The position numbers and the translations under genes were made by a program. Source: Candidatus Poribacteria bacterium (GTDB taxonomy: Bacteria > Poribacteria > WGA-4E > PCPOR2b). Taken from it: a stretch of 64,000 nt of DNA. The stretch covers positions 4,128,001-4,192,000 of the forward strand of contig OZ242326.1 of NCBI GenBank assembly GCA_965208325.1. Direction: 5' to 3'. Below, piece by piece: positions 18,555 to 29,273 of this stretch (position 1 is the first letter of the stretch; each line of letters opens with the position of its first letter). Under the pieces are notes generated by a model, which searched no databases, was not told the origin of the DNA, and saw only the letters and a list, made by a program, of their open reading frames with translations.

Positions 18555-19820
18555 GTGAGAATTGTGTTGACGACCTGGGGTTCAACCGGCGATGTTCAGC
18601 CATTTTTGGCGCTAGCGCGGAAGCTGCTCAATGCGGGCCATGAAATTCGAGTTTGTACTTCAGAGATATTCCGTGAACGCTTTATGGTGCACTCGGTTGG
18701 CTTCTACGCGGTTGGCGTTCCATTCGACTTCTATCGTATGCACCGCGCAATGGATAAAGTCGTAAAAATTAAAGACCCGCTCAGGTCGTCAATCTTACTT
18801 GTAAAAGAAGGTATCCTGTACAAAGCGGAAAAGTGGTACCAAGGCTGTCTCGAAGCAATGGCAGGGCAAGATTTAGCAATCTGCCATTCTGCCGATATCG
18901 CAGGCCAGGAAGCGGCGATTAAACGAAACTTGCCGTGGATTAGTGTCAGCTACTGCCCCGGATTTGTCAAGACGGCCGAGAATGCGCCGCACCCAGTGCC
19001 AAATCTTGGCAAACCATTCAATACGCTGGCTTGGAGATTAGTTGAATGGCTGATGCGAAAGCAGGTCGATCCGCTATTCAATGAATTTGTTACGTCGATA
19101 GGCGGAAAACCGCGCCGACTATTCGGTTTGGACGGTATGTATTCGCCAGAGCTGAATCTCATCGCTGCGTCGCCGCATATCAGCAGCCCGCCTCGCGATT
19201 TTCCGATAAAGCATAAATTCACGGGGCCGTGGTTTCTTGATGAGCCGGATTATGAACTACCTCCGGACCTGTTGAATTTTTTGGATCGAGGCTCGCCGCC
19301 CGTTATAATTACCTTCGGTTCCATGGGCGGAACTAAAAGTGTCGAAACTACGAAGCTACTCGTAGAAGCCGTTCAGCGTGCCGGCGAACGCGCCATCATC
19401 CAAGCTGGGTGGGGAAACCTTGGACTCGATAAAGCGCCGGAAACAATCTATTTTGTCGGATTTGTGCCGCACGCCGTGCTATTTCACCGAGGGTGCTGTG
19501 TTATTCATCATGGCGGGGCAGGCACGACAGCATCAGCCTGCCGAGCCGGCGTGCCTTCAATTATTGTTCCGCATCTCGCGACGGATCAGTCCTATTGGGG
19601 ATTGTCGTTGTACAAGTTAGGGGTTGCCCCCAGGCCGCTGCATCGTTGCGGCATGACCGCTAAACGGTTGGCGAAACGAATTGAGGCGGTGAAGTCTTCA
19701 AATTTTATGGCGGATAGAGCAAAAACACTAGGAAGGAAAATTCAGGTTGAAGACGGATTGACGACTGCGGTAGGGTTGATTGAGGAATTTGCTGCAAATC
19801 GGAATTTAGCCGTTCATTAG
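18555..19820 (+). CDS. GT1 (sterol glucosyltransferase-like) glycosyltransferase
   Basis: GSTGDVQPF, TFGSM, FVPH..LF..HHGGAGT...DQ.YW. Confidence 0.85.
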   Translation: MRIVLTTWGSTGDVQPFLALARKLLNAGHEIRVCTSEIFRERFMVHSVGFYAVGVPFDFYRMHRAMDKVVKIKDPLRSSILLVKEGILYKAEKWYQGCLEAMAGQDLAICHSADIAGQEAAIKRNLPWISVSYCPGFVKTAENAPHPVPNLGKPFNTLAWRLVEWLMRKQVDPLFNEFVTSIGGKPRRLFGLDGMYSPELNLIAASPHISSPPRDFPIKHKFTGPWFLDEPDYELPPDLLNFLDRGSPPVIITFGSMGGTKSVETTKLLVEAVQRAGERAIIQAGWGNLGLDKAPETIYFVGFVPHAVLFHRGCCVIHHGGAGTTASACRAGVPSIIVPHLATDQSYWGLSLYKLGVAPRPLHRCGMTAKRLAKRIEAVKSSNFMADRAKTLGRKIQVEDGLTTAVGLIEEFAANRNLAVH

Positions 19821-19925
19821 AGTAAGATTTAAATTTTTCGTTGAAACAGTGTGAGAAGCAGCAGCACCTAACGGCTGCCTCTTGCGCTATATTGAGATGA
19901 GGCTCACCAACAATGGGAGTCCTTC

Positions 19926-20915
19926 ATGGCCGGTACTCGAATTCAAAAGGTCTTGGTCTTTAGCTTCAGCTTTATCGGCGATGCGGTTCTATCAACGGCA
20001 GTAATCCATCCACTACGCCGGCGTTTTCCCGATGCGCAGATCGCATTCCTTGTCGGTGTGCGTGCGGCAAAACTATTTTCGGGCGACCCACAGATTGATG
20101 AGGTGTTTGTTTACGATAATCACGGCGTACATTCCGGCTGGCGTGGGAAAGTTCGCCTCATCGAAATGCTGCGCCGCGAGAAATTTGATTTAGTGATAAA
20201 TCTCCGGGATAGCGTCTGGTCTAGGTTCGTTGGCGAAAAACATTGGGGCATAAAACTGAGAGGTGCGGATATGCACGCTGTGACGCGCTACCTCGACGTT
20301 TTGCATCGGCATGGAATTGACACAACTGCGGCGCAGCCAAAACTAGAAATCACCGATTTGGAGCTTTCGAAACGGGACGAGTTTCTGGAGGAATGCGGAG
20401 TCGATCGTAGTCGTTTGTTGATTGGGGTTCATCCCGGCGGAAATTGGGTTTACAAATTGTGGTCACCGAAGAATTATGCGCGGATGTCGGACGCGCTGCA
20501 TGAAAGATGGAACGCTCAGATTCTGCTGTTCGCGGGCCCGGACGAACAGCAATTGCTCTCGGAGGTGGTTGCCACAATGAACTACCAGCCAATCGTCGTT
20601 AGAACTCACGATTTGCGCCGAGTTGCGGCTTTGATAGAAGCGTGCAATCTTTATATCGGAAACGATACGGGGCCGATGCACATCGCCGCCGCTGTTGGGA
20701 TTCGTGTTGTCGGCATTTTCGGATCAACAAATTACCGCCGCAGCGGGCCTTATGGAAAGGAACATACAGTTGTGCAAAGCGGGCGTAATCTGGGTTGTAA
20801 TCCGTGCCACCCCGGTAAACACCCCGGTAGTTGCGGGAAACGTAGTTGCGAAGTCATTGAGGCTATAACCGTTGAGCGGGTGCTCAGTGCTATCGAAGCG
20901 TTAAGGGCGGCATGA
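19926..20915 (+). CDS. GT9 heptosyltransferase-like protein
   Basis: FIGDAVL, HPGG..KLW, NDTGPMHIAAA. Confidence 0.9.
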   Translation: MAGTRIQKVLVFSFSFIGDAVLSTAVIHPLRRRFPDAQIAFLVGVRAAKLFSGDPQIDEVFVYDNHGVHSGWRGKVRLIEMLRREKFDLVINLRDSVWSRFVGEKHWGIKLRGADMHAVTRYLDVLHRHGIDTTAAQPKLEITDLELSKRDEFLEECGVDRSRLLIGVHPGGNWVYKLWSPKNYARMSDALHERWNAQILLFAGPDEQQLLSEVVATMNYQPIVVRTHDLRRVAALIEACNLYIGNDTGPMHIAAAVGIRVVGIFGSTNYRRSGPYGKEHTVVQSGRNLGCNPCHPGKHPGSCGKRSCEVIEAITVERVLSAIEALRAA

Positions 20916-21128
20916 ACCATGGAATGAAAAGATGCAATGCAACGCGAGACATTACTTAGGCTCCCGGAATCGCTCCAGAGTCAATCTACCTTGCCAAATT
21001 ACGGAGGATTGTAACTCAGAGAATCGCATCTTACAGATTATGCACGACGCATTACGAGGCATTACCAAACGCCGTATTACAAGGATACCGAAGATGACAT
21101 GCGGCAGATTACAGTGAGGTGAAAACAT

Positions 21129-22757
21129 ATGGCATTTCCATCATACGGTAACACCCATCGTTCAACCGTGACCGGCACGCGCGGCATGATTGCGAGTGCA
21201 CACCCCCTCGCGAGTTTGGCGGGCGCGCGTATGTTGCTTCAAGGTGGCAACGCTTTTGATGCGGCGATAACTGTCGCATCAACGCTAAACGTTGTCGAGC
21301 CATACATGTCTGGCATCGCGGGAAACGGGTACATGCTGCTCTATAGTGCCGAAGAGCGGACTATCCGGGTACTCGACTACGTGGGGACAAGTCCATACGG
21401 TGCATCGCGCGACGCCTTTCCAACCCCGGAGTTTATGGACATCGGCATACGGTCAGGGATGGTTCCTGGGGCATGCGGCGGTTGGATGGCGGCACTCGAT
21501 CGATACGGCAGTATGAGCCGGGAAGAAATCTTTGCGCCGGCGATCGAACTCGCGGAAAATGGCTACGCAGTCACCGTCAAAAATGCCCATTTTATGGCGG
21601 AAGTAGCGCCGCGTTTATCGCCCACCGCCGAGAAGGTCATCATGGCGCGCGGACGGACGCCTTTGCCCGGTGAGATTCTGGTACAAAAAGACCTCGCCCG
21701 AACCTTCCGAAAGGTCGTGGAAGGTGGGGCGGAAGTCTTTTATCGCGGCGAAATCGCCCAGCAGATTGCTCAATTTTGCCGCGAAAACGATGGGTTAATT
21801 ACCGAACAGGATTTAGCGGATTTTCGCGTGGAATGGCAGGAACCGATTTCGGCTTCCTACAAGGGATATGAGATTTACTGCCCGCCGCCGCCGTGTTCAG
21901 GATTCCAATATTTAGAGACACTCAACATTCTGGAGAACGACGAACTCAAAGATTTGGGGCACAACTCGGCGGAGTCTCTTCATCTGGTGATTGAAGCCAT
22001 TCGGCTCGCGAGCGCGGACCGAGCGGAGTACGCCTGTTTGCCCGATTCGCCAATTACCGGACTGCTCTCCAAGGGTTATGCTGCCGCACAGCGGGAACGG
22101 ATCGGGAGCCGGGCATCAGTAAGCGGCGGCGAGCGTTATACGAAAGAGAAATTACCCGGAGAGGTGATAGCAGGCGACCCCGGTGAATGGATGCGTGAAT
22201 GCACAACGCACTTCGATGTGGTTGACAGCATGGGCAACGCGGTTGCGGTGACGCAGAGCATCGGACACCCCTTCGGCTCTGGAACGATTCTCGGCAAAAC
22301 CGGGATGTTCCTAAATAATTTTATCAACTGGTTCGATTTTCTGCCGGAGAGCCCAAATGTCATCGCGCCGCACAAAAGGATTGAGATGTGCATGTCCCCG
22401 TGCCAAATCTGGAAAGACGGTAAGGTGTTCGCAGTGCTCGGGACGCCGGGAAGTCACGGGATTTTGCAAACGACAGCTCAAGTCAACCTCAACCTACTTG
22501 AGCACGGCATGAACATCCAAGCCGCAATCGAAGCGCCGCGTATCCGCCTTGAACACCCGGGTAAAGATGTCGGTATAGAAAGCCGGATTTCGTCTGAAGT
22601 CAGGAACGACCTTACAGTGCGCGGCCACGATGTTCGTTTGCTGCCGGACTGGACGGCGCTCGTTGGGGGAGCGCAAGGCATAGTAATTGACTTAGATGAG
22701 GGTACGTTCATGGGCGGCGCCGATCCGCGCCGCGATGGATACGCCATTGGAATTTAA
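21129..22757 (+). CDS. ggt: Gamma-glutamyltransferase
   Basis: GGNAFDAA, TTHFDVVD..GNAV (Thr nucleophile), GTPG, ADPRRDG. Confidence 0.92.
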   Translation: MAFPSYGNTHRSTVTGTRGMIASAHPLASLAGARMLLQGGNAFDAAITVASTLNVVEPYMSGIAGNGYMLLYSAEERTIRVLDYVGTSPYGASRDAFPTPEFMDIGIRSGMVPGACGGWMAALDRYGSMSREEIFAPAIELAENGYAVTVKNAHFMAEVAPRLSPTAEKVIMARGRTPLPGEILVQKDLARTFRKVVEGGAEVFYRGEIAQQIAQFCRENDGLITEQDLADFRVEWQEPISASYKGYEIYCPPPPCSGFQYLETLNILENDELKDLGHNSAESLHLVIEAIRLASADRAEYACLPDSPITGLLSKGYAAAQRERIGSRASVSGGERYTKEKLPGEVIAGDPGEWMRECTTHFDVVDSMGNAVAVTQSIGHPFGSGTILGKTGMFLNNFINWFDFLPESPNVIAPHKRIEMCMSPCQIWKDGKVFAVLGTPGSHGILQTTAQVNLNLLEHGMNIQAAIEAPRIRLEHPGKDVGIESRISSEVRNDLTVRGHDVRLLPDWTALVGGAQGIVIDLDEGTFMGGADPRRDGYAIGI

Positions 22758-22811
22758 GCAAGCGGTGTGATTAGGCTAAACTGAACTCGAGTACAACGCA
22801 GTGTATTCCGT

Positions 22812-23918
22812 TTGAACAAGGAAATGGCTAAAGGGGATATTTCCCTCAAAAACGTAACGAAGTATTTCGGCAATACTCTCGCCGTTGACAACGTGTCGCT
22901 CGACATCCAAAGCGGCGAATTTTTCTCGCTGCTAGGTCCAAGCGGCTGTGGAAAGACGACGACGCTCCGCATGATTGGCGGGTTTGAGCACCCGAATGCA
23001 GGCGGTATTTATATTAACAATCAGCTGATGGAACAGACTCCGCCATTTCAACGGGATGTCAATACGGTGTTCCAAAATTATGCCTTGTTCCCCCATAAAT
23101 CGGTTGCCCAAAACATCGCATTCGGTATTCAGATGAAGGGATTTGCTAAAGGGGAGATAATCGAGCAAGTCAATCATTTTTTGAAGATGGTGCGGCTGCC
23201 GGAGCATGGGAGCCGCAAACCCGACGAACTTTCCGGCGGGGAAAAACAACGCGTGGCTTTGGCGCGTGCACTCATCAACCGTCCGTCGATTTTGTTGCTT
23301 GATGAACCTTTGGCAGCGTTAGATCTCCAGTTGCGGAAACAGATGCAATCCGAACTTAAATCGCTAAAGAGCGAGATAGGAATCACGTTTGTCTATGTCA
23401 CTCATGATCAGGGCGAAGCGTTGGCATTGTCTGACCGAATCGCTGTAATGAATCGGGGGAAAATTCTTCAGGTCGGCAAACCTGCTGAAATATATGATTT
23501 ACCGAATAACCGTTTTGTGGCGGAATTTATCGGAATGTCGAATTGCTTTGACGGCACATTATCGGGAATTGCAAATGAGCGGGCCGAGGTCAAATTAGAC
23601 ATAGACTCGCAGGCTCGATGCGTCGGACGACCCAACGGTAACCTCGTTCAGGGGGATGCAGTCACAGTGGTTGTGCGCCCTGAACGGATTGATATGGCGC
23701 ATCAGCCCATCCGGAACAATGAAAATCAGATGGAAGGAGTTTTACAAGATGAGAATTACATGGGCACCACCATCCAATATACAGTGCTCGTTTCCCATCA
23801 GATTCTGGTTGTAGTAAATCAACAAAATGCGGGGTTGACGAATGGAGACCGCATCCGAGTCGGTAATACAGTCTACCTGAGTTGGAGGACCGACAGCGCG
23901 ACGGTATTGAAACGCTGA
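22812..23918 (+). CDS. PotA-like ABC transporter ATP-binding protein with TOBE domain
   Basis: GPSGCGKT, VFQNYALFPH, LSGG, LLLDEP, VTHDQ. Confidence 0.9.
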   Translation: MNKEMAKGDISLKNVTKYFGNTLAVDNVSLDIQSGEFFSLLGPSGCGKTTTLRMIGGFEHPNAGGIYINNQLMEQTPPFQRDVNTVFQNYALFPHKSVAQNIAFGIQMKGFAKGEIIEQVNHFLKMVRLPEHGSRKPDELSGGEKQRVALARALINRPSILLLDEPLAALDLQLRKQMQSELKSLKSEIGITFVYVTHDQGEALALSDRIAVMNRGKILQVGKPAEIYDLPNNRFVAEFIGMSNCFDGTLSGIANERAEVKLDIDSQARCVGRPNGNLVQGDAVTVVVRPERIDMAHQPIRNNENQMEGVLQDENYMGTTIQYTVLVSHQILVVVNQQNAGLTNGDRIRVGNTVYLSWRTDSATVLKR

Positions 23919-24095
23919 CATCGGTTCTTTAACAGCGGCAGGTTCCGCCCAGATTGGCAAAGGCAGAGGGTTTTTTAGCATAGCATTTGTCCTCGGAGCA
24001 GATTATGCAATCGTGCGCATGTTGGGCAAATCCTGTAATCGACTAAAGAACTAAGGAGTCAGGTTAGTGCCTTTTTTCGGTAAGGAGACTTTTAG

Positions 24096-24536
24096 ATGAT
24101 AACCAATTTGCACCATGTTGCTATCCTCACGTCAAACATTGAAGAAGCCATCCAATTTTATACGAATCTGCTTGGCGGCCAGTCTCCAAGAATTGCAGAG
24201 GTGGACCGCCCCGGCGTAAAGCTGAAGTCCGCAATGCTCCCAATCGGACCGACCGGAGATACGTATCTTCAGCTCATTGAGCCGTCGGAGGGGCCGGGCG
24301 TGGCGGAATTAGAGCGCGGCGGGGAAGGAACGTTATTCGAAGTCGGTTTTCAGGTGGATGATTTAGCGGACCTTCACGACCAGATGGACGCTAGAGAGAT
24401 TAGACCGCAAGACCTGGCAGGCGATTCCATAGAAGATAAATTCATTGAATCAAAGTTTGGAAATCGGTACTTTTTTCTGCCAAAAGACAAAACGAGGGGG
24501 ACAAGGTTGGAGTTTGTGCAGGTTATTAACAAGTAG
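24096..24536 (+). CDS. VOC family protein (methylmalonyl-CoA epimerase-like)
   Basis: LHHVAI, C-terminal TRGTRLEFVQ. Confidence 0.75.
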   Translation: MITNLHHVAILTSNIEEAIQFYTNLLGGQSPRIAEVDRPGVKLKSAMLPIGPTGDTYLQLIEPSEGPGVAELERGGEGTLFEVGFQVDDLADLHDQMDAREIRPQDLAGDSIEDKFIESKFGNRYFFLPKDKTRGTRLEFVQVINK

Positions 24537-25173
24537 TGCGTGCTAACTGCTGGCTGTGACATGCTAAAAATTTACCATGACAATTTTGTGCATTTCGCTG
24601 CTCTTGCTTACTGTCATATTTTTGCTTGCAGAACACCTTCCGATCTAGTATTGGTCGCACTTTGTACTAGTGCGTGCAGCAGTTTGTGTCATATTACGTG
24701 ATGAAAGGTCTCATGGAATTCGGAGTGACATACACACAAATTTATGGGAGTCTGCTGGAAACGCTTTTGGGCGCCCACGGGCAATAAAACTGAAATCTTT
24801 TGGCGGTTACCTGTTGGTGTCCACGTTAATTGGAACTGTCCATCTTAAGGTCACAATGCACCAGCACGAGCCCGAGTTGAGAGAAACTGTCAATGCGATG
24901 AACGAACATTTCCGCACTTACCTCAGTCGTACAGATTAAACCTCGTTTGCTTTCTATTCAACCGCTGCGCTTTCTCTACTCGCAATTGGCGTGATGTTCT
25001 ATTCTGGCTCCTTCTAACATGCCGATGAGTTTACGGCTAAATTGGCGGTGTGTTTCTTTGGTATAGAGGCAGCGGATTCGGATTGGCTGAGTGGTTTTTC
25101 GGCAAAACCCGCTGCGCTTACCGATTTATCGAATAACGGATTATTTAGGGCGCAATATAGGAGACACATTACG

Positions 25174-26658
25174 TTGTCAACGTCAACAATTGAACAAACC
25201 AGATTGCGGATATCAAAAACCACCAAAGCAAATAAAAAATCGCAGTTCGGACAGTTTCTAACATCAGAAAGAACTGCGACTTTTATGGCCAGTCTTTTCC
25301 CTAACGGGAAAGGCTTGTGTCGCTTACTTGATGCGGGAGCCGGAATTGGTTCGCTTTCTGTAGCTTTCTTAGAAAGGTGGGATGCTGCTGGTTTTGACTT
25401 TCAGCGTGTCGAACTAGATGCTTTCGAGATTGACGATTCTCTGCATTCCTGTTTGAATCAATCATTGGAAAAACACAGAGCTAACCAAGGGTTTATTCCG
25501 GAAATTCGAAAGGTTGATTTTATACACGCCGCTGTAGATTGGCTTTCCGGAAGCCTTTTCGCCGAAGAGTTCCAGAAATATACTCACGCCATTCTTAACC
25601 CACCTTACAAAAAAATCAACAGAAATTCATCGTACCGTTTAGCCTTACGCCGAGTTGGAATCGAGACGGTGAATTTGTATTCGGCTTTTGTGGCGCTTGC
25701 TGTTGCGCTAGCCGCGCCGGGCGGACAGATCGTGGCAATTATTCCGCGCAGTTTCTGTAATGGACCGTATTACCGTCCATTTCGTGACTTCATCCTAAAA
25801 CGCGTAGCCATCCGGTACATCCATCTCTTTGAATCTCGTAACAAAGTGTTCAAAGATGATAATGTATTGCAAGAAAACATTATTATCCGACTTGAGCGTA
25901 GTGGACAACAAGGCCCGGTAACAGTATCGACTTCAGCTGATGATACCTTCACCAACCTGACCACTCACAAATATTCGTTCGATCATATCGTTTCTCCTGA
26001 TGACTCGGAGCGATTCATCCGTGTGCCATTATCACCCACGAACGCTGTCGAATTAGCCCCGAGCGCCCGCTACACCCTAGTAGATCTTGGCATTGATGTT
26101 TCAACAGGTCCGGTAATTGATTTCCGGCTGAAAGATTACTTGCGTGACATGCCGGAGGCAGATTCTGTACCGTTGCTCTATCCGTGCCATTTCCACGGTA
26201 TTGGCACGAAATGGCCGGTTACCGGTAAGAAGAAGCCAAACGCTATCCTGCGTAACGATGATACCGAAAAATGGCTATGTCCAAGCGGCTTTTATTGCGT
26301 AGTACGACGTTTCACATCTAAGGAGGAAAGACGCCGAATCGTAGCGAGCGTGGTTGACCCCAGCGACCTTAATAACGCCCCCATGCTGGGCTTTGAAAAC
26401 CACCTAAATTTTTTCCACGAGAATAAGAGGGGATTGCCACAGGCACTGGCACTTGGGCTAGCCGTGTTCCTCAATTCAACTGCTGTTGATGACTATTACC
26501 GATGCTTCAGCGGCCACACGCAGGTCAATGCTACCGACCTCAAACTTTTGAAGTACCCGAACCGTGATGCTCTAGTTGACATTGGTAAATGGACCATGCA
26601 ACAAAGAGAACTCACGCAAGTTATGATTGACGCCAAGCTAGGGACTTTAGCCGAATGA
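25174..26658 (+). CDS. BsuBI/PstI-type N6-adenine DNA methyltransferase; TTG start inferred from RBS (ORF is open from 25042)
   Basis: GQFLT, LDAGAGIG (motif I), ILNPPY (motif IV), GHTQVNATDL. Confidence 0.9.
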   Translation: MSTSTIEQTRLRISKTTKANKKSQFGQFLTSERTATFMASLFPNGKGLCRLLDAGAGIGSLSVAFLERWDAAGFDFQRVELDAFEIDDSLHSCLNQSLEKHRANQGFIPEIRKVDFIHAAVDWLSGSLFAEEFQKYTHAILNPPYKKINRNSSYRLALRRVGIETVNLYSAFVALAVALAAPGGQIVAIIPRSFCNGPYYRPFRDFILKRVAIRYIHLFESRNKVFKDDNVLQENIIIRLERSGQQGPVTVSTSADDTFTNLTTHKYSFDHIVSPDDSERFIRVPLSPTNAVELAPSARYTLVDLGIDVSTGPVIDFRLKDYLRDMPEADSVPLLYPCHFHGIGTKWPVTGKKKPNAILRNDDTEKWLCPSGFYCVVRRFTSKEERRRIVASVVDPSDLNNAPMLGFENHLNFFHENKRGLPQALALGLAVFLNSTAVDDYYRCFSGHTQVNATDLKLLKYPNRDALVDIGKWTMQQRELTQVMIDAKLGTLAE

Positions 26659-27608
26659 ACAACAAAAACGATTACATCGAAGCCGCTCACCAGATCATTA
26701 TTTCGCTAGGTCTTCCACGGGCGCAACAAAACGAGCGTTCCGCTCTTTGTTTGCTGGCACTCCTGAACCTCACGCCAGGCAAAATTTGGGTCGACGCCGA
26801 AAACCCGCTTTTAGGTATCACGCCCATCATGGATTGGGTGCGGGAGCACTACGACAAGGAATATGCACCGAACACCCGTGAGACAATTCGTCGCCAAACA
26901 ATGCACCAGTTCTGTGATGCCGGTATCGCGCTTTACAACCCGGACAGGCCGGATCGCCCAATAAATAGCCCGAAAACAGTCTATCAAATTGAACCCGCAG
27001 CGTTGGTTCTGCTTCGTACCTTTAACTCTCCCGCATGGCATGATGCACTGACGACCTATCTGGCCCAGCGCGAAACTCTGATAGTCCGCTACGCTAAGGA
27101 GCGGAAGCAGAATCTTATCCCAGTTAAGATTTCACCGGGAAAGGAAATCACTCTTAGCCCCGGCGAGCACAGCGAATTGATTCGAGCCATCATTGAGGAC
27201 TTCGCTCCACGATTCGCTCCGGGTAGCGTACTGGTCTATGTTGGCGATACCGGAGACAAGTGGGGTTATTTTGACGTGGGTCTACTGGCCGAACTTGGGG
27301 TCCGTGTGGATTCCCACGGCAAGATGCCTGATGTAGTTCTGTACTTTACTGAGAAGGATTGGTTGCTCTTGGTTGAGTCGGTTACCAGCCATGGTCCCGT
27401 TGATGGCAAGCGACATAGTGAACTCACTAATCTCTTTGCCAAGTCAAAGATTGGACTAGTTTATATTAGTGCTTTCCCAAATCTCGCCATCATGGGACAG
27501 TATCTCGGCGAAATCGCTTGGGAAACGGAAGTGTGGGTCGCCGATACTCCATCGCATCTAATCCATTTTGACGGTGCCCGTTTCCTTGGACCATACAATT
27601 CGCTCTAA
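26655..27608 (+). CDS. BsuBI/PstI family type II restriction endonuclease
   Basis: YAPNTRETIRRQT, LSPGEHS, HGKMPDVV, ESVTSHGP, AWETEVW; ATGA overlap with the methyltransferase. Confidence 0.92.
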   Translation: MNNKNDYIEAAHQIIISLGLPRAQQNERSALCLLALLNLTPGKIWVDAENPLLGITPIMDWVREHYDKEYAPNTRETIRRQTMHQFCDAGIALYNPDRPDRPINSPKTVYQIEPAALVLLRTFNSPAWHDALTTYLAQRETLIVRYAKERKQNLIPVKISPGKEITLSPGEHSELIRAIIEDFAPRFAPGSVLVYVGDTGDKWGYFDVGLLAELGVRVDSHGKMPDVVLYFTEKDWLLLVESVTSHGPVDGKRHSELTNLFAKSKIGLVYISAFPNLAIMGQYLGEIAWETEVWVADTPSHLIHFDGARFLGPYNSL

Positions 27609-28356
27609 CAAGGCGCTGCACCGGAAAAATTTCAGAACCAAAGTCCGAATGAACTTGATAGTTAAAATGAAGATTTTGTTGAAAAACGCAATATACACCA
27701 AAGAATATCCAACAGAATTCATTGACCACACGGAATTTGAATTTCTATGCATCATCTGAACAATAAGTTCAAGTTGAGTAAAATCAGAAGACGAATCCAA
27801 CCTATACTACTTTTAAAGGAGAGAAAAATCATCACGACAGTAACCCGAGTTATTATTGTTCGCGCCGGGAGAAGTTCGCAATAGAAACATCTGCAGGGTC
27901 GTCAATATGCCGAAGAGTTTTCTGTTAATCTACACGCTGGAGGCGGGCAAACATGTGATTCGCTAAAAGCCACTTGTAGGGAACGCAAACGATGGTCAAG
28001 CCATGGTCTACGCCCAAATGGTATCAGGAAAAGTGCTTCAGATTGGGATATAATTCCGTTTGGGGGCGAGTGCCGGGACGTTGCGTAAATTGTAACAGCA
28101 GAGTTATTGATTGCGATAGAACGCGGTATAGGTTAAGCCATATCTGGAAATTTCGCACATAGCGTGAAGAGATCTATTTGCCCTAAACGGTTCAGGTCTC
28201 TTGACATCTTGCACCAAATTGTGCAGCCGCGCTTTTTGAATTTGAGGGAAAAAAATTACTCCGCACCGCTACAAAAAGGACAAAACAAACGTCAGCACCT
28301 GATTACAGCCATGAGCGAAAGCACGCCAAAACTCTGTGTATAAAAATATAATGTAT

Positions 28357-28372
28357 TGGCACATTAATTGCG
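28357..28372 (+). promoter_or_regulatory. sigma54 -24/-12 promoter
   Basis: TGGCACATTAATTGCG, with exact GG-N10-GC spacing, ~85 bp before the LamG start. Confidence 0.65.
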
Positions 28373-28454
28373 TTAACATATGGCAGTTTGAGAGGAAACG
28401 GTCCACATGCTAGATTACTAAAGAGCATCTTTACAGAGACTAAGGAGGATCAAA

Positions 28455-29273
28455 ATGTTCTCAAAGACTGCTGTCGCCGCTTTCGTTTTAACGGTTATCG
28501 CATTGGCGGTTTTCCCTGTTAATGAAGTAAAAGCTCAGGAATACGTAGCTAGGGACCTCATGGGCTATTGGACGATGGACAAGGCAAATATTGATGGGCA
28601 AATCGTCAAAGATATTTCGGGAAAAAACAATCATGGAGTAATTATCGGAAATCCCCAAAGCGTCAGTGGAATAATTGGGGAAGCTCTCGATTTTGACGGG
28701 GTGGATGATTTTGTCGCCCTGCCGGATTTGGGGCGTGAACATGAAGTGACGGTAGAGGTCTGGGCAAGTGGCGATCAGCCTTTCCAAGTTAATGGGTTGG
28801 TTTCTACGTCCGTTATCCCGGAAAAAATGCCGGGAAGCGTTGTGACCTTCAGCGTTAGATTCAATCGAATCGACCTCCACATAAAGTACACGGGCGGCTA
28901 TATGTCGCACCAAGGCGGTTTAGTAAAACCGCACACGTGGTATCACTTTGCCTATACTGCCGACTTGATTAAACCGTTCGGTGAGCAATTCGCGGTGTAC
29001 ATTAATGGTAGCGACGGGATCGGGGGAATTCACGGCGTGCAGGAGTTCCCAAACGTTGAAAAGCCGCCAATCAATCTCACGCGGCTCAGAATCGGAAGCG
29101 AGCTCAAGGGCAGGTACTTTCCCGGTATCCTTGATGAAGTCCGTATCTATAATCGCGCATTAACGCAGGAAGAGATACAGCAAAATTTTGAGTACAGAAA
29201 CAATGCACTGGCGGTTGATGCCGCGGGAAAGCTGGCCGTCACTTGGGGCGCGATGAGGAACTCACAGAATTAA
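28455..29273 (+). CDS. Secreted LamG/concanavalin-like domain protein
   Basis: Signal peptide; ALDFDGVDD, WYHFA, GILDEVRIYNRAL; tail AVDAAGKLAVTWGAMR. Confidence 0.88.
   Translation: MFSKTAVAAFVLTVIALAVFPVNEVKAQEYVARDLMGYWTMDKANIDGQIVKDISGKNNHGVIIGNPQSVSGIIGEALDFDGVDDFVALPDLGREHEVTVEVWASGDQPFQVNGLVSTSVIPEKMPGSVVTFSVRFNRIDLHIKYTGGYMSHQGGLVKPHTWYHFAYTADLIKPFGEQFAVYINGSDGIGGIHGVQEFPNVEKPPINLTRLRIGSELKGRYFPGILDEVRIYNRALTQEEIQQNFEYRNNALAVDAAGKLAVTWGAMRNSQN

Noticed and set aside
24670..24939. 89-aa ORF as a possible RM controller protein
   Set aside because: No HTH or C-protein motif and no clear RBS
27630..28200. AT-rich stretch after the RM genes as a possible gene remnant
   Set aside because: Only short ORFs and no recognisable family
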